This document shows positions 24,762 through 36,922 of a stretch of DNA of 64,000 nt, piece after piece. The translations under genes and the position numbers were made by a program. Source of the stretch: Macrostomum hystrix. Its lineage: Eukaryota; Animalia; Platyhelminthes. Under the pieces are notes generated by a model, which was not told the origin of the DNA, ran no database searches, and saw only the letters and a program-made list of their open reading frames with translations. Location: assembly GCA_950097015.1 (NCBI GenBank), contig CATNEN010000003.1, forward strand, positions 4,402,001-4,466,000, given 5' to 3'. Numbering within the stretch: the stretch's first letter is position 1; each line of letters begins with the position of its first letter.

Positions 24762-26330
24762 TACTCAATGTTCAGCTCGGCAGATTCCTTAATATATTCA
24801 ATGTTCAACTCGGCAGATTCCTTAATGTACTTAATGTTCAACTCGGCAGATTCCTTAATGTACTTATTGTTCAGCTCGGCAGATTCCTTAATGTACTCAA
24901 TGTTCAGCTCGGCAGATTCCTTAATATATTCGTTGTTCAACTCGGCAGATTCCTTAATGTACTTAATGTTCAACTCGGCAGATTCCTTAATGTACTTATT
25001 GTTCAGCTCGGCAGATTCCTTAATGTACTCAATGTTCAGCTCGGCAGATTCCTTAATATATTCAATGTTCAACTCGGCAGATTCCTTAATGTACTTAATG
25101 TTCAGCTCGGCAGATTCCTTAATGTACTTATTGTTCAGCTCGGCAGATTCCTTAATGTACTCAATGTTCAGCTCGGCAGATTCCTTAATATATTCAATGT
25201 TCAACTCGGCAGATTCCTTAATGTACTTAATGTTCAACTCGGCAGATTCCTTTATGTACTCAATGTTCAACTCGGCAGATTCTTTTATGTACTCAATGTT
25301 CAACTCGGCAGATTCCTTAATATAGTTAATGTTCAACTCGGCAGATTCCTTAATGTACTTAATGTTCAGCTCGGCAGATTCCTTAATGTACTTAATGTTC
25401 AACTCGGCAGATTCCTTAATATACTTAATGTTCAACTCGGCAGATTCCTTAATATACTTAATGTTCAACTCGGCAGATTCCTTAATGTACTTAATGTTCA
25501 ACTCGGCAGATTCCTTAATGTACTTAATGTTCAACTCGGCAGATACCTTAATGTACTTAATGTTCAACTCGGCAGATTCCTTAATATACTTAATGTTCAA
25601 CTCGGCAGATTCCTTAATATACTTAATGTTCAACTCGGCAGATTCCTTAATGTACTTAATGTTCAACTCGGCAGATTCCTTAATGTACTTAATGTTCAAC
25701 TCGGCAGATACCTTTATGTACTCAATGTTCAACTCGGCAGATTCCTAGCAAACTCAATGTTCAACTCGGCAGATTCCTAATAAACTCAATTTTCAACTCG
25801 GCAGTTACCTTAATATACTCAAAGTTCAACTCGGCAGATTCCTTACAAACTCAATGTTCAACTCGACAGATTCCTTAATATATTCAATGTTCAACTCGGC
25901 AGATTCCTTAATGTACTTAATGTTCAACTCGGCAGATTCCTTAATGTACTTAATGTTCAACTCGGCAGATTCCTAGCAAACTCAATGTTCAACTCGGCAG
26001 ATTCCTAATAAACTCAATTTTCAACTCGGCAGTTACCTTAATATACTCAAAGTTCAACTCGGCAGATTCCTTACAAACTCAATGTTCAGCTCGGCAGATT
26101 CCAAGCAAACTCAATTTTTTACTTGGCCGATTCCTGTTTCTCTTTGATTTTGAACTCGGCCGGTTCTTAATCTACTCAAATTTCAACTCGGCAGATTCCT
26201 TATCTACTCAAATTTCAACTCGGCAGATTCCTTATCTACTCAAATTTCAACTCGGCAGATTCCTTATCTACTCAAATTTCAACTCGGCAGATTCCTTATC
26301 TACTCAAATTTCAACTAGGCAGATTCCTTA
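24762..26330. repeat. 33-bp tandem satellite (ttcaactcggcagattccttaatgtacttaatg)
   Basis: Direct inspection. Source of the ORFs 24638-25732(-), 24768-25325 and 25329-25748. Confidence 0.95.
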
Positions 26331-26775
26331 CAAATAGTGTTAACAATGCAGCATATTTAAGCTTCTCTCAATCCATCTAAGCTGACTATAACTAAAGTTG
26401 AATTGTTTGAGTAATTTGCTAAGAAGCAATGAGCTAGTTTGCACTCTTTTCTGTTTTCTCTCCTCTCGTCCCTCTGGTCTCTGGTGGGTGGCAGATTTTC
26501 CAGTTTGGACCAGAATTCTCGCTCTCTAATGGCCTAGTCAGAGCCAGAGGACTTGCTGTTCTACGAGTATTGATTGTGCGCCACCGCGATTCAACAGCTT
26601 GCTCAAGGCACCCCACACATTCTTTTCTTCTTTCTGTCTCTCTCTCTGTACCCCCGCGCTCTCTAATAAAAACGGCCTCATTTAGCTGCGCCTCAATTGC
26701 TTGCTATCAGCATAGTGTTATAATCATCAGCTAACGATTATCTAGAATTTATTGACTGAAAAATAAACTGTAAAA

Positions 26776-26814
26776 ATGCTGGGCATCAATGTGACTAACA
26801 AGACAGCGCTGATG
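26776..26814 (+). CDS. GLUL: Duplicated first coding exon of glutamine synthetase ([13 protein letters not shown]|GTGAGT)
   Basis: Identical to 27948-27986. The ~300-bp upstream/exon block 26568-26880 is repeated at 27738-28050. Confidence 0.65.
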
Positions 26815-26857
26815 GTGAGTTTGGAGATTATTGAATTCCATTTTAAGTCACGATTCG

Positions 26858-28511
26858 GGTAGATAGAGAAGTAGAATCTACTAATTAATTGGGTAGATAG
26901 AGAAGTAGAATCTACTAATTAATTGGGTAGATTGAGAAGTATAATCTACTAATTAATTGGGTAGATAGAGAAGTAGAATCTACTAATTAATTGAGTAGAT
27001 AGAGAAGTAGAATCTACTAATTAATTGGGTAGATACAGAAGTAGAATCTACTATTTAATTGGGTAGATAGAGAAGTAGAATCTACTAATTAATTGGGTAG
27101 ATAGAGAAGTAGAATCTACTAATTAATTGGGAACATACAGAAGTAGAATCTACTATTTAATTGGGTAGATAGAGAAGTAGAATCTACTAATTAATTGGGA
27201 ACATACAGAAGTAGAATCTACTAATTAATTGGGTAGATAGAGAAGTAGAATCTACTAATTAATTGGGAACATACAGAAGTAGAATCTACTATTTAATTGG
27301 GTAGATAGAGAAGTAGAATCTACTAATTAATTGGGTAGATAGAGAAGTAGAATCTACTAATTAATTGGGAACATACAGAAGTAGAATCTACTAATTAATT
27401 GGGTAGATAGAGAAGTAGAATCTACTAATTAATTGGGAACATACAGAAGTAGAATCTACTATTTAATTGGGAACATACAGAAGTAGAATCTACTAATTAA
27501 TTGGGTAGATAGAGAAGTAGAATCTACTAATTAATTGGGTAGATAGAGAAGTAGAATCTACTATTTAATTGGGTAGATAGAGAAGTAGAATCTACTAATT
27601 AATTGGGTAGATAGAGAAGTAGAATCTACTAATTAATTGGGTAGATAGAGAAGTAGAATCTACTAATTAATTGGGTAGATAAAGAAGTAGAATCTACTAA
27701 TTAATTGGGTAGATAGAGAAGTAGAATCTTGCTGTTCTATTGATTGTGCGCCACCGCGATTCAACAGCTTGCTCAAGGCACCCCACACATTCTTTTCTTC
27801 TTTCTGTCTCTCTCTCTGTACCCCCGCGCTCTCTAATAAAAACGGCCTCATTTAGCTGCCCCTCAATTGCTTGCTATCAGCATAGTGTTTTATAATCATC
27901 AGCTAACGATTATCTAGAATTTATTGACTGAAAAATAAACTATAAAAATGCTGGGCATCAATGTGACTAACAAGACAGCGCTGATGGTGAGTTTGGAGAT
28001 TATTGAATTCCATTTTAAGTCACGATTCGGGTAGATAGAGAAGTATAATCTACTAATTAATTGGGTAGATAGAGAAGTAGAATCTACTAATTAATTGGGA
28101 ACATACAGAAGTAGAATCTACTATTTAATTGGGTAGATAGAGAAGTAGAATCTACTAATTAATTGGGTAGATAGAGAAGTAGAATCTACTAATTAATTGG
28201 GAACATACAGAAGTAGAATCTACTATTTAATTGGGTAGATACAGAAGTAGAATCTACTAATTAATTGGGTAGATAGAGAAGTAGAATCTACTAATTAATT
28301 GGGAACATACAGAAGTAGAATCTACTATTTAATTGAGTAGATACAGAAGTAGAATCTACTATTTAATTGAGTAGATACAGAAGTAGAATCTACTATTCAA
28401 TTGGGTAGATACAGAAGTAGAATCTACTATTTAATTGGGTAGATAGAGAAGTAGAATCTACTATTTAATTGGGTAGATACAGAAGTAGAATCTACTATTT
28501 AATTGGGTAGA
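26858..28511. repeat. 34-bp minisatellite (gggtagatagagaagtagaatctactaattaatt) in two blocks, 26858-27729 and 28030-28511
   Basis: Direct inspection. Confidence 0.93.
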
Positions 28512-31500
28512 TTCCATGACTCGAGTGGACACTATCCCGGCAGTTCTGTCACACAATCAATCAATCAATTCCACATGTCATGCAGCGATACCTGTCACTG
28601 CCGCAGCCGGCTGACAAAGTGCAGTGCATGTACATCTGGATCGATGGCACCGGTGAGAATCTTCGAGCCAAGACTCGCACGGTGGACTCCGTACCGAAAT
28701 CGGCTAGCGGTGAGTGTTGAATCTTGACCGTCCAGACCCCAGCTGGTCATGACCAGTTCAAACCAGTTCATACTATAGTCTCATTCATTTGAACCATTGT
28801 TTCTCTAGCTCTAAGTGACTGCTCTACTGAGAAGAACACTTAACCCCGCGACAGCCTTCGTCTCATCTCTGCTCAGCGACCCACCCCGCTATAAGCAGCG
28901 CATTGTTAGCTGAGTCAGATAATTAATTAATGCAATATTCTTAATTCTTTCTGAACAAAAAGCAACTTACTCATTCAAGCAAAGGGCCATTTTTTATAGT
29001 CTCAATACACTCTACAGTCTACTATCTCAAAGATTGTCTGTGGCGTATCTGTACTCTGGGCACTTATAGAGTACATCTATAGATTTTACACATGGTTTAT
29101 AAGAGTGCACATTAGACCAAATATTACAAATACTATTTGCCTACTTTTAATATCAGTAGTTAGATCTCAGTTCTTAGATCTCAGTGGTTAGATATTAGTA
29201 GTTAGATCTTAGTAGTTAGATCTCAGTGGATAGATCTCAGTGGTTAGATCTCGGTGGATAGATCTCAGTGGTTAGATCTCAGTGGTTAGATCTTAGTGGT
29301 TAGATCTTAGTAGTTAGATCTCGGTAGTTAGGTCTTAATAGTTAGATCTCAGTGGTTAGATCTCAGTGGTTAGATCTTTGTGGTTAGATCTCAGACAGTG
29401 GTCAGATCTTAGTGGTTAGATCTCAGTGGTTAGATCTCAGTGGTTAGATCTTAGTAGTTAGATCTCAGTAGTTAGATCTCAGTAGTTAGATCTCAGTAGT
29501 TAGATCTCAGTGGTTAGATCTTAGTGGTTAGATCTCAGTGGTTAGATCTTAGTAGTTAGATCTTAGTAGTTAGATCTCGGTAGTTAGATCTTAGTAGTTA
29601 GATCTCAGTGGTTAGATCTCAGTGGTTAGATCTCAGTAGTTAGATCTCAGTAGTTAGATCTCAGTAGTTAGATCTCAGTAGTTAGATCTCAGTAGTTAGA
29701 TCTCAGTGGTTAGATCTGAGTAGTTAGATCTGAGTAGTTAGATCTCAGTAGTTAGATCTAGGTGGATAGATCTCAGTGGTTAGATCTCAGCAGTATCCTG
29801 ATTCAGCCCTGCATTACCCAGAAGGTCTAGTTGTTATAGATTGTAGCCTAGTGGTTTAGAATGTGGGACTCTCGACTTGAAGGTCCGGGGTTCGATTCGG
29901 GCTTCACCGGAAAAATTTGTGTTTTTCTTAAAGACACTAAAAATGAACAGTATAAACAATAAGAAACAATTATAGCCGACATGGTTTTATGATGAAATTA
30001 AGTGAGAAGAAAATTTAAACATTTTTGGTTGTTCTTGCCACCAGACACACCGACGAGTAATCGTTGAATATCTCGACGATGTCGATGTTTTGTGATTCTG
30101 GAAGTTGTCATAGCGATTGCCATGGACTATCCGGTCCAGTCCATGGACTATCCGGTCCAGTCCATGGACTATCATTCGTACAGTTAGTAACGAATTCTTT
30201 AATTTTTTTTCCAGACCTGCCGATTTGGAATTTCGATGGCAGCAGCACCTGGCAGGCGGAGGGCCACAACTCGGACGTGATGATCCACCCGGTGGCTCTG
30301 TTCAAAGACCCGTTCCGCGGCGGCAACAATAAGCTGGTGCTGTGCGAGACCTACTGTCACGATGGCACTGTGCACAAATCCAACAAGAGGCACAGCTGCA
30401 ACCTGGTGATGGAGCAGGCCAAGGATCAGCATCCGTGGTTCGGCATAGAGCAGGAGTACACCCTGCAGGATACGGATCTGCATCCGTTTGGCTGGCCGAA
30501 GAACGGCTTTCCTGGGCCCCAGGGACCATACTACACTGGCGTCGGAGCCAATAAGGTGAGTTCCAGATTGTTGCAGACTTGAAACCTGGCTCTTAATAAA
30601 AATAAATAATTACATGAGGGCTGCGCGCAACAGCCAGCGAGGAGACAATTCCTGAGCACACACTCACACAGGTGTGTGCCTTGACTTTCTCATCGGCAGG
30701 CAGTGTACACTCTCACTGTTCCTTTGTTCCTTGGAGGCTGGCCCTCAAGGGCGCAAATTGCACCACAACCCACCCAAAGCCTTCTCTCCGCGGCTGCGCG
30801 CCCCAAATGAATGTGGCCTCGCCGCGGAATCGAGCTCGGAACCTTGGTGCGAGAGGCAAAGGCGTTAGACCGCTCTGCCACTCAACCCTATGAGACTGCG
30901 TTTCTTAGAAAATGTTTTGGATAAACTCCGTAAAATCCGTAAAATACTGTACGGAGATAGGAAATTTAGAATTAGTGACCAGCCAGACACAAAGAGACAC
31001 AACGGGACAATTGGCGAGCAAGGCGAGCAACGCGCGGGAGGCGCACAGCGAAAAAGCGACCTCCAAGCTTTGTATTTTTTTTTAACGGGTTACAAAGAAT
31101 TGAAAAGGTAATATTTGTATTCGAGTTAAAAGCAGAAATTGAATTAAAAAAAACTCAAGCGGAGAGCTGCGCGCAAATTGAATCCGAAAACGTGGTGAGA
31201 GGCTCACCTAAAAAGGCTAGCAGGCGGCGGGGGTGGGGGACGCAACTCCCATGACGTCTCGCCATCTTCACTCAGTCTGCACTCGTCATCAAACCTCATG
31301 ACTCGAGCCTTGTCGAACCCGAGGTCAAATAGCTCACCAATGCGCGCATTGTAGCGCAGGTAGTCTCGCAACTGTGACACATCAGGCTGGCCGCCCAGCC
31401 CGCTCTTCACCAACCTGCCATCATCCAGCAACTTCAGCATGATTCGAGCATTCGCCGAGATCCAGTCTCCAAACGTCAGCGAGTCAACAACAGCTTCCCT

Positions 31501-34480
31501 CACTCTGAAGGTGACTCTTCCGGATTTGTCAATGGACTGAGTAACTCCTGCTTCCTGCTGCTTCCGCTTGTTAATAAACTCAGGGATTCGGTACACCTTG
31601 CCTACAAACCGACTGGGCTCTTGCTGGGCAGCATCTTCATCGTCAGACCACAGGTTAATGAGCAACTCACCGGGATTCTTTGACGTCGCAGGCCTTCGCT
31701 GAAGTTGGCTGACTTCTGCCTGAAGTAGAGCGGCCTCCTTGCGTAGCTTTAGCAGTCGGAGCTGCTTCTCAGCCTCCACCAGCTCGTCGTCCAGGCCGCC
31801 AGCCGCGTCAGACTCTTGACCATGTTGTACCGACTCGTTCGCGATAGAAGGCAGTTGCCTCTCCGCCATAGCGCCGTCTCTTCTCATACGCGTCGTCACT
31901 GCGGCAGCTTCATCTTGCTCCTCGTCCTCGTCGTCCGCATTCTCAAAGTCGGAGGCGATACCCTCGAGGTGCGCCCTCAGCCGCAGTAAAAGTTCACATT
32001 TTTTGCCTTGTGTTGAAAGCCTAGGCTCTGAAGCTTCTGACGTAGCGCCCTTACAGTGGTAGGCGCTTCGGATGCAAGTGGCTCGTTAGAGTTTGGCATG
32101 ATTGTGCAAAAAATCAAAACTCAAGCGGAGAGCTGCGCGCAAATTGAATCCGAAAACGTGGTGAGAGGCTCACCTAAAAAGGCTAGCAGGCGGCGGGGGT
32201 GGGGGACGGCCCCACCCCACACAGATGCACAGAGACAGCAAGGGGGCGGGCTGATCACTAAAGCCGGTTTGCACAGGCGCACGCACCCATGCAAACCAAA
32301 GCAGCTGCAGTGTTTAATTGGATGCGAATCAAAGGTTTAGTTTTTGATATTTTGTTTCCTGAGTAATACTCGTAGCCTCACCGATTTCTATGAAGCTTTA
32401 TTTGCGAACTACCAAAATCACAAATGCACCGACATCTGCGAGATATTCAACGCAAGGATTACTACGTGGAGTAGAAGGGCGGAAACTACGTTTCTTAGAC
32501 AAAAATTTAAAGGCTGATTTTCGAATAAAAAGATACACTGCGGAGATAGGAAAATGTCACATTTTCAGACTTAAATGATTGGAAGCAGAGCCCACACCAT
32601 TTTGCTCTACCCGAAGTTATAAAGTTTTGTACATAACAATTTGATCTTCATCCGATTTTCTTTACTTATAAAGATCCAATTCGCTGACAATGTTTTTGCA
32701 GTTATTTTTTTAACTATTAATTCTTAATGTGCCTAAATTAGACTTTTCATGTGTATTTTTTGCTAGCATAATGAATTTTCATTATTTAGCTAAATTAAGG
32801 TTGTAGGTCTTCTGAATTTCCTATGTCCGAAGTGTATTTTTGCGAAAACCAGCCTTTAAATGTTTTCTAAGAAACGTAGTTTCCCGTCCTTCTACTCCTA
32901 GTGAATCAATTGAATCAATTGAATATCTTGACGATGCTGACGTCCTAAGGCTTTGAAAGTTGGACCCACAACACGCGGCCCGCACTGCGCAGGTGTACGG
33001 CCGAGACGTTGTAGAGTCGCACTACCGCGCCTGCCTGTACTCGGAGGTGAAAATCGCCGGCGAGAACGCCGAGGTCATGCCGGCCCAGTGGGAATTCCAG
33101 GTCGGACCCTGCGAAGGCATCACAATGGGCGACCACCTGTGGATTGCTCGCTTCCTTCTGCACCGAGTGGCTGAGGATTTCGGCATTGTGGTCAGCTTCG
33201 ATCCGAAGCCGATGCCGGGAGACTGGAACGGTGCGGGAGCCCACACCAACTACAGCACTGAGGCCATGCGGCAGCCAGGCGGTATGAAGGCCATGCTTGA
33301 TGCCATTGAGAAGCTGGGCAAACGACACGCCAGCCACATCAAGGCCTACGATCCTAAGGGTGGAGCCGATAATAAGAGGCGACTCACCGGCTTGCATGAG
33401 ACTAGCAGCATCGACAAGTTTAGCTACGGTTAGCGGAATTTAACTGCATACTTAAGGCTCCTAAATTCATACTAAAGGCTCCTAAATTCATACTTAAAGC
33501 TCCTAAATTCATACTTAAGGCTCCTAAATTCATACTTAAGGCTCCTAAATTCATACTTAAGGCTCCTAAATTCATACCTAAAGGCTCCTAAATCAGTAGA
33601 GGCGGCTCCTAAATCTAAAGTCACGGCTCCAAAGTCCAAAGTCACGGTTCCTAAATCCAAAGTTCCGGCTCCTAAATCCAATTAAAGTCCCGGCTCCTAA
33701 ATCCAATTAAAGTCACGGCTCCTAAATCCAATTAAAGTCACGGCTCCTAAATCTAAAGTCACGGCTCCTAAATCTAAAGTCACGGTTCCTAAATCCAAAG
33801 TCACGGCTCCTAAATCAAATTAAAGTCACGGCTCCTAAATCTAAAGTCACGGTTCCTAAATCCAAAGTCCCGGCTCCTAAATCCAAAGTCCCGGCTCCTA
33901 AATCCAAAGTCCCGGTTCCTAAATCCAAAGTCCCGGCTCCTAAATCCAAAGTCCCGGTTCCTAAATCCAAAGTCCCGGCTCCTAAATCCAAAGTCACGGT
34001 TCCTAAATCTAAAGTCCCGGCTCCTAAATCCAAAGTCCCGGTTCCTAAATCCAATTAAAGTCACGGTTCCTAAATCTAAAGTCCCGGTTCCTAAATCCAA
34101 AGTCCCGGCTCCTAAATCCAATTAAAGTCACGGTTCCTAAATCTAAAGTCACGGTTCCTAAATCCAAAGTCCCGGCTCCTAAATCCAAAGTCCCGGTTCC
34201 TAAATCCAAAGTCCCGGCTCCTAAATCCAAAGTCACGGTTCCTAAATCTAAAGTCAGCTCCTAAATCCGCTTCATGCGCTCTAAAAGAGAAGTGAGTTTT
34301 AACCCGAGTTAACAATGATTGACAGGCGTCGCCCACCGCGGCTCCTCGATTCGCATTCCGCGCCAGTGCAGCGACGACGGCTTCGGCTACATCGAGGATC
34401 GCCGTCCGGCGTCAAACTGCGATCCGTACAGCGTCACGGAGATGATAGTGCGTACCACCTGCCTAGGCGAGACCGACTAG
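27948..34480 (+). CDS. GLUL: Glutamine synthetase (type II). Exons 27948-27986 (or duplicate 26776-26814), 28586-28709, 30215-30555, 32993-33428, 34326-34480
   Basis: [96 protein letters not shown]. Splice phases are consistent. Confidence 0.96.
29155..29790. repeat. 14-bp minisatellite (gttagatctcagtg), GS intron 2
   Basis: Direct inspection. Confidence 0.93.
29842..29910 (+). other. tRNA-like Pol III head (SINE fragment or tRNA pseudogene)
   Basis: A-box-like tagcctagtgg and B-box-like ggttcgattc at tRNA-like spacing. No convincing acceptor stem. Confidence 0.4.
30610..30888 (-). mobile_element. tRNA-derived SINE, GS intron 3
   Basis: The minus strand begins gggttgagtggcagagcgg (A box)..gctcgattcc (B box) and shares its body with copies at 51456, 53008 and 58884. 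Confidence 0.75.
31149..32208 (-). mobile_element. Relic of a DIRS/Ngaro-like retroelement: SAP + coiled-coil + gag-like ORF flanked by ~92-bp direct repeats
   Basis: Minus ORF from ATG 32099. One frameshift falls within SAP-like [26 protein letters not shown], and the frame continues into 31899-31204 ([24 protein letters not shown]). Direct repeats at 31149-31241 and 32117-32208. The family assignment is inference. Confidence 0.5.
32468..32898. mobile_element. MITE (~430 bp) with ~85-bp terminal inverted repeats
   Basis: Left ggagtagaagggcggaaactacgtttcttagac..; right ..tctaagaaacgtagtttcccgtccttctactcc. No clear TSD. A related arm lies at ~30895-30965. Confidence 0.7.
33445..34266. repeat. 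21-25-bp minisatellite (ggctcctaaatccaaagtccc), GS intron 4
   Basis: Direct inspection. Confidence 0.93.
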
Positions 34481-35747
34481 ATAATGTACCATTGGCTGTT
34501 ATCCTACACAGGAGTGAACCTGATTGAATTTTCATGAATCTACAAGCTTGTTAGCTATTAATGTATGTTAATTCATTTGCTTCACTTTTCAATCCGTCGG
34601 GCAGAAAAAACTGCTGAATAGATGTACATCAAGAATGCTGTTAGTATTTGGATTTCTTATCTGCCTGTCCAAATGTACGCAGAAATTTCACAGCGCTCTT
34701 ATTGGCTGAATCAATCTGAGCCAATCAGAGCGCAGTGATTTAAATAACGTTAAATTTATCGGGGTAGCACAGACGATCTTTGAAATTATCTATTTGATGT
34801 ACATTTATTAAATCTTCGATGCTGGAGTTTAAAGTTTTAATTATTCGCCTTGTTAGCACATCACGTGACGTACCCATATGGAAACGAAGTGCTTGATTTT
34901 TTCTTTTAAATTAAGATAATTTTCTATCTATTAAAATAGTTTTAAAATATATATTTTTTCTTATGCCTGTGTCTCAGGTGAAATTATTAAAGCCTTTGGA
35001 GTTGTAATCGTTTATAGTACATATATGAGCTAATTATATTCGGTTTCCTTTACTTTAAACAAATTATCAAAAGTCGCAGTTGTCATAAATATATAGATCA
35101 TATAAATCTGTGTCCTATTTGAACAATTGGTTTCCAAGCAGCAGTTTTTTGGTCATGTCATATTATTATACATACTTATATGCATAAAAGGTCAGGTAAG
35201 ACAGACGGACAGACTGATGCGAAATTCCCATGCAGACAGTGATAGAAGTACTTCCAGCGATCAACACTGTATGTGGCTGTAGACAACATAATGTTAATGC
35301 TGTAATAAGAGGAACAGAAAGTGTAATTAAAATAACACTGAACAGACCAGACACACTGCTGCAGCTATAATAGTCCACTTGTCGAACATGGACTTCGTTG
35401 TGACTTGTTGACGAAATTTCATATTTCACATCGCGCGGCATATGAAAAGATTGCTAGGCGAGGATAGAAAGCAGTTTCACCTTATAATATCGATCCGTAC
35501 ATACAATGGCCTGTACATGTGTGGTCACGCTGCATCATCATTTGCTACGCGCGCGCAATTCGTTCTGCTTTACGTCAAAGCACTGCATGGCGTTGCCATG
35601 TTGGTCGTGTGGTATTTTTTAAATGCACACATTCTACGTCAGGTCTGAAAATGGTTGCTGCTGCTGCTTTGCTGTGTAGAATCTCTGATAATATTTATCT
35701 AATCGAATACTGTCGAACGATTTAAACATTTTTTGTGTCCGGTCGGC

Positions 35748-36176
35748 ATGGATCATTACCGAGCATCGTTCCGAACCGCATGCCGACGGGCCGGCGCCAG
35801 CGGGGCTCAGCAGGACTCGCATCCGCCATTGCGCAGGATGCACTCGGAGCCTGGCTTCACAGACTATTCCGCGGCTGGCGGAAATCGGCAGTTGGCAAAC
35901 TGGCAGCTGGCCAACTGGCACGATGGTCAGCAGATCCGGGCAGCGCAGCTAGGAGTGCAACGACTGCAGCGCTGCCTCGACTCAATACAGGCCGGCGTTG
36001 TTCGACTGGTCGCCGATAGGAGCGGCGTGACCGATAGTCTAGGAAGGTGCGGCGTGGAGTTGGCCGGCGCTGCGGCAGAGGTGGCGTCGGCTAGACGTCG
36101 GGCAGTTGCTCTGGGTGAAGCCTTCGACAGGCTCGGTGAAGCATTGACCAAGGAGGAGCAGAAGACTTGCTGCTGA
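35748..36176 (+). CDS. Uncharacterised small protein (142 aa) with a predicted coiled-coil C-terminal half, ending KTCC
   Basis: GC-rich open frame from ATG 35748 in AT-rich surroundings, with heptad-like LQRCLDSIQ..VASARRRAVALGEAFDRLGEAL. No recognised family. Confidence 0.4.
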   Translation: MDHYRASFRTACRRAGASGAQQDSHPPLRRMHSEPGFTDYSAAGGNRQLANWQLANWHDGQQIRAAQLGVQRLQRCLDSIQAGVVRLVADRSGVTDSLGRCGVELAGAAAEVASARRRAVALGEAFDRLGEALTKEEQKTCC

Positions 36177-36922
36177 TTCGGGAGTGACGTTGGCATAGCA
36201 ACGCATTTCTTAATTAGCTGAGCAGAGAAATCCTCCTTGCAGTTAGGAGCTGTCATAATTTGTGCTGTGGTCAAGATGGCAGGCATGATAATGATTCTGT
36301 GAGAACATCTTCAACGGGATTGTGAATGTGATGTGACTGAGGATAAGGATTTGATGAGACTGATGATAAGGATTTGATGTGACTGATGATAAGGATTTGA
36401 TGAGGATGATGATAAGGATTTGATGTGACTGAGGATAAGGATTTTATGAGACTGATGATAAAGATTTGATGAGACTGATGATAAGGATTTGATGTGACTG
36501 ATGATAAGGATTTGATGGGACTGATGATAAGGATTTGATGGGACTGATGATAAGGATGTGATGAGAATGATGATAAGGATTTGATCGGACTGATGATAAG
36601 GATTTGATGAGACTGATGATAAGGATTTGATGAGACTGATGATAAGGATTTGATGGGACTGATGATAAGGATTTGATGAGACTGATGATAAGGATTTGAT
36701 GAGACTGATGATAAGGATTTGATGAGGATGATGATAAGGATTTGATGGGACTGATGATAAGGATTTGATGAGACTGATGATAAGGATTTGATGGGACTGC
36801 TGATAAGGATTTGATGGGACTGATGATAAGGATTTGATGAGGATGATGATAAGGATTTGATGAGACTGATGATAAGGATGTGATGAGAATGATGATAAGG
36901 ATTTGATGAGACTGATGATAAG

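Noticed and set aside
21853-25748. Repetitive ORFs 21853-22527(-), 24638-25732(-), 24768-25748(+)
   Set aside because: Satellite translations (42- and 33-bp units) with no unique domain.
1-29790. CRISPR-like appearance of 28-36-bp repeats
   Set aside because: Head-to-tail units with no unique spacers, no cas genes, and a eukaryotic spliced context.
29842-29910. Possible tRNA gene
   Set aside because: A/B boxes are present but no full cloverleaf; more likely a SINE head or pseudogene.
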